The notes under the pieces are model-generated. The model had not been told where the DNA came from and did not search any database. It saw only the letters and a program-made list of their open reading frames with translations. A stretch of 64,000 bases of DNA. Origin: Octopus vulgaris (lineage: Eukaryota). The stretch covers positions 141,174,001-141,238,000 of the forward strand of contig OX597815.1 of NCBI GenBank assembly GCA_951406725.2, written 5' to 3'. Within the stretch, counting starts at the first letter, position 1. Each line of letters opens with the position of its first letter. The position numbers and the translations under genes are program-made. Shown one piece after another: positions 57,101 through 64,000 of the stretch.

Positions 57101-57656
57101 TTTTTTTATTCAGTGGCTATCAGTTCAGTGACGGCTAGATTTATGCTGTTTATAATAGGTGTTGTTATTTCGTTTATTTTGATTTTTGGGAGGTATGGTC
57201 GGTGGTCCATTTTGAGCTCTGTGGTTTTCAGTTCGTTGATTATTTTATTTTTTATATTATCATAATCATTAGGCTCCCCTTCGTTGTTTACATCGTGTTT
57301 GTTGGGAATGTTGCGTTTGTCTTCGTGTTTTACAGTTTCAGTGTTTATATTATTGGGCATTGTTGTGTGGCTTCTATCTATATTTTCCTGGTGTATGTTT
57401 TCTTTTAGGTGTTCTATTTCTATTTCTGATATTTTTTTGTGTTGAGAATGTATCTTCGTACGTTAGCTAATTTATTAGGGTTCATTGCTGTATCCAAGTC
57501 TATATCTCTATTATTTTCCTTCCATATTTTATATGTATGTGTTGTTGTATTTTCATTTTTTGGGTAGAGTACTGCTGTGAAGTATGCGTGTAAGATAGAA
57601 ATGTATTCCTCACGTGTCCATTTACGTCTTTTGGGTTTTATTTGCGGGACATGAGT
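54171..57656 (-). mobile_element. Near full-length R4/Dong-type non-LTR retrotransposon (element A), frameshifted
   Basis: N-terminal KRRKWTREEY (~57600-57633), RT, CCHC and RLE domains, and C-terminal IALLGTAHILRRTL in a shifted frame; (TAA)n on both sides. Confidence 0.92.
54346..56841 (-). CDS. Reverse transcriptase, CCHC knuckle and restriction-like endonuclease (open portion of element A ORF)
   Basis: KAPGHD, NYRPITCL, WIDYKKAFDS, GIFQGDTLSPLLF, YMDDLK, CRICGDGQETINHINSSC and RPDIVV..LIDVSIP..KLSKY. Confidence 0.9.
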   Translation of the reverse strand: MPEIKEKLKQDILAKAQRIRRYKKRQRFFEENKMFNSNPKKFYQELGKNKIEVTAAPTAEELEEFWREIWSANEPPKKSSIKITNSASEQLWTPITTEEVTQTLQRLSNWKAPGHDKIPNFWLKYLTGMHKKLAENFNNVLAEPETMPEWLTKGKTILIPKSNETEKPENYRPITCLPTMFKAFTAVISQRLNKHLDENKLFPEEQKGCRKGSYGCKDQLMINKAITEDSHRKKKGLSMAWIDYKKAFDSFPHTWILETLAINKVAPTIIKFIEHSMNKWQTVLHLQTKEGLMKTKDIPIRRGIFQGDTLSPLLFCLALSPLSHMLNRTGCGYKCYGKTISHLLYMDDLKLYAANDKQLETLLKTVHGFTKEIDMKFGLEKCAKVTMKRGKLVKSNNITLDKTNEIKELDQSQTYKYLGIHELDKTQHTQMKEKIKKEYYRRVRSILNTELNAKNKIIGINPLAVPVISYSYNILNWTLNELTKIDRKTRKIMTGSRMHQPKSDIERLYIQRIEGGRGLIQLENYYKITTIGLQKYLLQKEGKLIQIAAKHEQNKKLFSVFKEADKYKQEIIPPNKHEEEEEDEETTKAIKQMKSKLKIEQQRIMIKRWQEKPLHGKYWTKLNAKEIDKEKSQQWLRSSGLKAETERFLIAAQDQSLPTRNYQKHVMKRNITSNCRICGDGQETINHINSSCPVLAKKKYIHRHDRVGTYIHWKLCQHYGITTEKRWYRHTPEKVTENEKASILWDMPIHTDREIKANRPDIVVTDHEGKKCFLIDVSIPADDNVSLKEMGKLSKYKDLKIEVTRMWNLKTETIPIIVGALGMIKNIQTNT

Positions 57657-57659
57657 ACA

Positions 57660-57710
<51 letters not shown>
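57660..57710. repeat. (TTA)n spacer between the two Dong-like elements
   Basis: Seen directly. Confidence 0.95.
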
Positions 57711-57711
<1 letters not shown>

Positions 57712-60700
57712 TATGTTTGACTTTTGTTTTATATTTGTACAAGTTGGCTCCAAGTCTCACCCAGAGACCTCAAGAGACAACAGGGTTGGAAGTTCATGTT
57801 GTTGTTATGCCTAGTGTGCCATATATTTGGGGGGTGGGGATGTTGTACTAATGAATGTCTAAAAAAAAAGTTGTTTTTTTTTTTTTAAACCGAAAATTAT
57901 GAAACTTCTGCCATTTTGGGGTTTCCTGGTATCTGAGTTAGGTAGCTATCAGCCCCTTTTGCTATCATTCCCAGGGCACCTATGACAACAGGTATTGTTT
58001 TAGTCTTCAGCTTCCACATTTTGCTGATTTCTATTTCAAGATCTTTATATTTGCTCAGTTTTTGGTAGGTCTTGACAGATACGTTTATATCGATTGGGAC
58101 AGTCATATCAATGAGGAGGCATGTTCTTTGTTTGAAGTCTTTCAATATGATGTCTGGCCTACTTGCATCTATCTTCCTGTCAGTTTGAATGGTGAAGTTC
58201 CAGAGGAGTGAGATGTGGTCATTTTCAAGCACTGGGGGTGGTTTGTGTTCCCACCAGTTTTTTTCATGGGGCAAATCCAGGTTTTTACAGATTACCCAGT
58301 GAATATATTGTGCAGCTCTATCGTGCCTGTTGAGATACTCTGTAGGCGCTAGAAGACTGCACTTGGAGACCACATGGTCAATGGTTTCATTTTGTTGCTT
58401 GCATACACGACACGTTGGACTGCTTCTGATCTTAAAATATGTTGGCCTGGTAGTTTCTTGTTGGTAGGCATTGATCTTGAGCTGCTATGATAAACCCCTC
58501 TGTTTCAGATTTTAAGCCAGAGGCCATTAGCCATTGATGGGTCAGGGCTTTGTCGATATCTGCATTATTCGCTCTCTTTGGGTATTTGCCATAGAGAGGT
58601 TTTTCTTGCCATTTATTATTCAGAATATCTAAGGCCGCAGTTTTGGCACGGGTTTTCATGCGCCTAGCTTTTTCTGTGCTTGTTTCTTGTATATCTATCT
58701 CTAATTCCGAAATTGGTTGTATTCGGAATTCACTTAGATATTCCTTTGCCTGTTTTGTGACTGAGTATGATGCTTTCTTGTTTTCATGTTTTGAGACAAG
58801 TTTTAACATCCAGTCCTCAGAGTTTTTCAGGTAGGTGTCTAGGCCAATTGTAGCAATCTTCATTGTTATTACCAGTTGCAAAAGACCACGGCCTCCCTCT
58901 TTTCTTGGCAGATAGAGTCGTTCTGTATCTGCCTTAGGGTGGTGCATTCTATGCATTGTCAACAGTTTCCTTATTTTTCTGTCGAGCTGACATATTTCAG
59001 TAATTGACCAGTTAACAATATTGAAACTGTAAGTCACGACTGGTATAGCTAATGCATTGATTGCTTCGATCCTGTTTCTTGCATTCAGCTCTGTCTTGAG
59101 TATTGCTCTCACTCTTCGATAGCATTCTCTCCTGATCCTTTCCTTCATCTCTGAATGCCTTATTCCGTTCCCTTCAATTACCCCTAGGTACTTGTAGCTC
59201 TCCGCTGGGTCTAGTTCTTTTATGACATTCTGTTGGTCAAGATTAACGTTAGATGTTTCTGTCATTTTTCCTTTGATAAAGGTAGCCTTTGCACATTTAT
59301 CGAGGCCGAATTGCATTCTGATGTCGTCACTGAATTGTTTGACTATCGCTAGTAAGCCCTTGAGTTGTTGATCATTTTTTGCAAAAAGCTTTAAAGCATC
59401 CATGTAAACGAGATGATTTATATTTTTATCAAACATTTTATACCCGTACTGCGCGTCATTGAGCAGCTTTGAGAGAGGTATTAAGGATAAACAAAAGAGG
59501 AGTGGTGACAGTGAGTCACCCTGGAAAATGCCACACGAAATTTTTACATCACCAGCATTTAGGGATTCACTGTCACTGTTCAGAGTTAGTGTGGTTCTCC
59601 ATGATCTCATACTTACAGTCAAGAAGTTTCGCAGAGTTGGTGCTATCTTATACATTTCAAGGCATTTCCTAATCCAGCTATGTGGTAGGCTATCAAAAGC
59701 CTTTTTATAGTCTATCCAGGCTATTGATAAGTTTTTGTGTCGTTTGTGACAATCTTCTAAGATCATCTTATTGATGAGTAGTTGGTCTTTACAGCCGTAG
59801 GATCCACGTTTACATCCTTTCTGTTCATTAGGGAATATGCTGCTGTCTGTTAAAAAACTATAGGTATATTCCGTCAGGACAGATGTTAGTGTTTTGTACA
59901 TAGTTGTTAAGCAGGTTATGGGTCTATAGTTTTTTGGTTCATTTGTTTCTTCACTTTTTGGAAGCAGGAATGTTAACCCATTAACTAGCCAAGGAGGCAT
60001 CCTACTAGGGTGTTGCAAAACATCATTGTACAGTTCTGTTAGCAGTTCATGGCTCTCTGGGAAGGCATTCAGCCAGAAGTTAGGAATTTTATCCTTTCCT
60101 GGAGACTTCCATTTGCTTGACCTCCTGAGAGCAGATCTTATATCTTCTACCTTGACACCCTCCCACTTTTGCTCTTCTAAGGGGTCCAGTTCTGTAGATA
60201 TTCTGTCAATCCAGGGGGCCTTTTCGTTGTGTGTTTTTTCTTCTGCCCAGATTTTATTCCAAAATCTCTGCACTTCTTCTTTTGATGGTACAGACCCTGC
60301 AGTAAACGCTGTTTTTCCTATCTTCCTGTAAAAATTCTTGATGTTATTTTTGAACATGTTGTTGTCCTTGAAAAATCTAACACGCTTTTCATACCTCGCT
60401 ATGCGGGCAGCTTTGGCAGATACCTTTTGTTTGATGGTTTCTATGGTGGCATCAATATCAAGTATAGTCTTCATATTGTATTTTTTCAGTAATTTTTGGG
60501 TTTTTGTAGGTTTGGTAGTCTTGTGAGCCTTAAGGTTTTTCAAATATTCAATGTCAGATCTAAATATTTTAATTTGTTGTTGCAGACGCTCTTGCCAAGA
60601 AGGCTTTTTGTGGGACTGTTGCCGTTTTCTAATCTTTACACCACATAGGATCGTTGAGATTTTCGCGGATGCATAGTATAGGTGGTTGAGGTTTGTGATA

Positions 60701-60750
60701 TCAACATCATTAACTGAAATTATATCCTTAAGTGCAAGCCGGATTTCCGG
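57711..60750 (-). mobile_element. 5'-truncated R4/Dong-type retrotransposon of a different family (element B), inactivated
   Basis: Same domain order as A but clearly divergent protein and 3' UTR. Frame is open from ~60742. Confidence 0.92.
57897..60543 (-). pseudogene. Disrupted RT-RLE ORF of element B (58432..60543 plus 57897..58373)
   Basis: GIFQGDSLSPLLF; catalytic motif reads YMDA instead of YMDD; break before the CCHC knuckle; RPDIIL..LIDMTVP; C-terminal helix missing. Confidence 0.88.
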
Positions 60751-60751
60751 A

Positions 60752-60854
<103 letters not shown>

Positions 60855-60859
60855 CGGTA

Positions 60860-63800
60860 ACAAGCGAGAAACATTGAAATGAAATTGTACTTTGTTTTTA
60901 TAAGAAACGCTTGAAACTTTATAGTAAATTATTCATACATAAATCAAGATATAAACCATTTCATTTTGTTTTTCTGGACGCGTATGTATTTAAGTGAGAT
61001 GATATATAGTGACAGGCCCAAGGAGAAGTATCCATCCGTACGTTTCTAAACACGAACGCAATTTTTTAAACATTCGTTGCTTTTTAATGCATGTTGTTGA
61101 CACTCTGCCATAGCTAATAAGTGAAAGACCTGAAAATTTAAAAGAAAAAAAATTTGAATCGATTTTACTAATCTATTTTGACGTTTACTCATATCATTAA
61201 ACGTTGAAAATGAGGAGAAAATTGAAGTGACTGATAAATGAATACGATGAAAGTACAATAGCAATAACAACGTTAACGCTTAAAACTAAATAAACACATC
61301 GTGAATCAAGATCATTGCCAACTCTTTGAGCTGATATCAACAAAAAGAAAAATCAGTGGCCAAGGCGTAAATAAATATAAAATCAAAGCAATATTTGAAA
61401 TTGTAAGAATGACAACAATAGTAAGAGGAGCACCATAAACGTCAGCATCATAAAATCTTAATGCGTAATTGTATAGAGAAAATTACCTCTATTATTTTCT
61501 CTCTTACCTTCATTTCCATAGTTAAAAATAAATAGATTTCCACAAAATCATAGAATTCATTGATTTATGAATCGTGCCGTTCGAAAGCGTCTAGAAAGGA
61601 AATTGCGCCGATCGAATTGTCAAATCTTTCAAATAATAGTGAATTGCAGGTGAGTGTATCTTATCCATTGTGAAGCATCGCTAGGTTTTTATTGACTTTG
61701 CACAAGTCCATTAATTTAATTTACTAATATATAACATCTCCTGATGTATTTATCAATATATAGTCTAGTGAAAAAGCAAAGAGTGATCGGTACATAGACG
61801 GTAATCAGCCGACCATTTTCATCACTGAACTCAATTTAATAAAACGATAGCAATCTTCCCACTTTACTTTGGCACGTCTTGCTTATCAGTTTCCCCACAA
61901 AACTTTAAATTCAATAGCTTTGAAAGTACGTCGACAGAAATAAGGGAGAAAACTCTACTTTTACTCCTTGATGTCATAAACATAAAGATGTAGTGATATT
62001 GACAGAATTATTGGTATTATAATTCCACTCACTGATAGCAAAATTATTTCAGTTAGAAAATATCATGAAAGAATAATCGTTGTAATAGATGCACAACGTA
62101 GAATATGACCTTACCCTCAATTTCACGTTCACGTTGCTACTATTTGTATTTTAAAATTTACAGGTATTTAAATCAATTTCATGTAGGTCATAGCAATTTA
62201 GAACAATCACAGTTTAACAACTCCGTGTTGTTGATTTCGTTTTTGTGTATAACTCACACGGTTTCTATTTAATAATTTTAAAACATTCGTATAATTACCT
62301 TCATATTTATGGATCAGAAAATAATCACCTAAATGAGGTACATCTAACGCAGCAACTGAAATTTCATCTTTGAACATAGAGTTTGTGTAATACTTCTGGT
62401 CATAGGTCACATTACTATTGACTCTCATTGATATTAACATAAACACTTAGTTACTCTTTTTATTGGTTTGCCCGGTGTCAGCTATGATGAGGAAGACCCG
62501 TGATATAATGCGTTTCTGTTGTTGCAACGTTATATTATTCTTTCAAGCATAATGCCATATACATGTATATAATATTGAATATGCCCTTCATGACGCGTAT
62601 CTAAGTTACGTGTTTCACACGTACATTATAACATGCGTCATATGTACATAATAACGTGATGTAAATCTAATGTATTTATATGAATTGGTACTTTATAAAT
62701 TTATTCATACCAAGTCAGCACATCTGTGGTCCTAAGAATCTTTTCATTTAAAATGATTCTTAAATTCATATTTTATATGGCTATGATAAAAGAATTTCCT
62801 ACCTTTACAGCCAGCTAAAAATTGATACATCTCTGAAAGGAATTGGTAGAATTATGGCAGTTTATTAAAACGTAATTCACTTTTACGAAGCAATATGCTA
62901 CTAATAATTGGGCGGCCATCTGGAAGAATTGTTTGAATGTCGGTCAAATGCTTAACAGCATTTCGTCCGTTTTCGCTCTGAGTTCATTTGCCGCTGAGAT
63001 AGATTTTGGTTTTCATCCTTTCGCAGTCGATTTGCTTTTCATCCTTTCGTGGCATATTTTTGCTTTTGTATAAAATTCCGTACGAAAGATCTAAGCTGTG
63101 TTGAGGCAGCGATATTATTTCTGGTCATATTCGATCGACAAACGAACAGATTTAAATTGCTATTCCTTTGGATTGAATGATTTTTTTTTCAGAAGAGAAT
63201 GCACTAAGTGGAACAGGGGCATACACGGGGGAGAAAATTGTCGATGAAGGGGTTACAAATGTGTGACGAAAGATTTCTGGACAATGGACACGAGTTAAAA
63301 TAAGAACAGCAATAAAGGAGAAAAGAACGAATGTAGTGTGTCTGTGTGTTTAAATGGCAAGAAAAAAGAGACCATCCCGAAATACAGCAACATCTGTTTC
63401 GCAACCATGTCAGCATGAATGTTCTGACGGCTAAGTTCTTCTTTCTGCATGTATTTGATAACACCAAGATGCAAAATGTTGTCCATTTTCAGGAGAAGTG
63501 GCTTGCTGTTACATTTACAGTCTGCTTTTATCCGTCTGTTGTCAGTTTACTTGGAAAGGAACATTGCAGCTATTAATCAGTATTGAAATTAATGTGTGCA
63601 CGACGACGAAGACTTACTCGTCGACGGTAAACTTTCTGAATAGGAATTTAGTAATTCATGTAAAACAATATATTCTCCCCTCCAGTCAATGACCAAGAAA
63701 GCCATTAAACTATGGTGAGCAACGAGACCAACAACAACAGCACCACGCACAAACGTTAGTGTATTGGCGAGTAATTTTCTAACATTAGCCAACGTGGAAA

Positions 63801-63877
63801 AATGCCCCATGAACACAACATATACCTGAGAGTACAAATGAGGCGAACGAAAATATGAGAGATTGAACGTGTGTCAT
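60860..63877 (-). pseudogene. Candidate decayed ionotropic glutamate receptor / IR-like gene
   Basis: Ordered fragments across frames: signal-peptide-like MTHVQSLIFSFASFVLSGICCVHG-AFFHVG; S1-like RFDNSIGAISF..ER..YDF; M1-like DVYGAPLTIVVILTISNIALILYLF; M3-like SRCVYLVLSVNVVIAIVLSSY; then FSTFNDM. Many stops and frameshifts. Confidence 0.4.
62925..63052 (+). mobile_element. Degenerate SINE
   Basis: aaatgcttaacagcatttcgtcc..gagttcatttgccgc..ttttcatcctttcg. Confidence 0.65.
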
Positions 63878-64000
63878 GGTGACTTCAATAACACAAATTA
63901 GATTAACATTAGTGGGACAGTTAAATGCATATACATACAAAACAAGAAGTCTAGAATACCTCATACTAAATTAAAATGAAAATAACTGAAATTTGTGAAT

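Noticed and set aside
54374-60526. Plus-strand ORFs overlapping the Dong elements
   Set aside because: Antisense shadows of the RT ORFs; no independent motifs.
63589-63837. ORF as a GPCR or other stand-alone membrane protein
   Set aside because: No GPCR signature motifs; better explained as part of the candidate receptor relic, or as noise.

Overview
AT-rich, microsatellite-dense eukaryotic DNA. It looks like cephalopod (octopus-type) genome, inferred from the tRNA-derived SINE family, base composition and repeat load. No intact host gene is evident, and most ORF-track entries are microsatellite translations or antisense shadows. Recognisable content: (1) two R4/Dong-type RLE non-LTR retrotransposons in tandem, each bounded by (TAA)n (54171-60750), plus two further fragments; (2) a DD37D/maT-like and a Tc1/IS630-like DNA transposon; (3) decayed RTE, CR1/L2 and RLE LINE remnants and many SINEs; (4) several Penelope-like element (PLE) 3' ends with GIY-YIG remnants. 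The most striking structure is a recurring set of short fold-back elements built from two inverted PLE-type termini, mostly at (TA)n tracts. Several carry type I hammerhead ribozyme motifs, including a fully canonical opposite-strand pair at 27961-28135. Also present are a ~2.7 kb inverted duplication (7122-9954 / 14799-17465), a ~1 kb direct duplication (41824-42858 / 46821-48271), and a candidate decayed, apparently intronless ionotropic glutamate receptor-like gene on the minus strand (60860-63877). All alignments and translations were done by eye, so boundaries are approximate unless motif-anchored.
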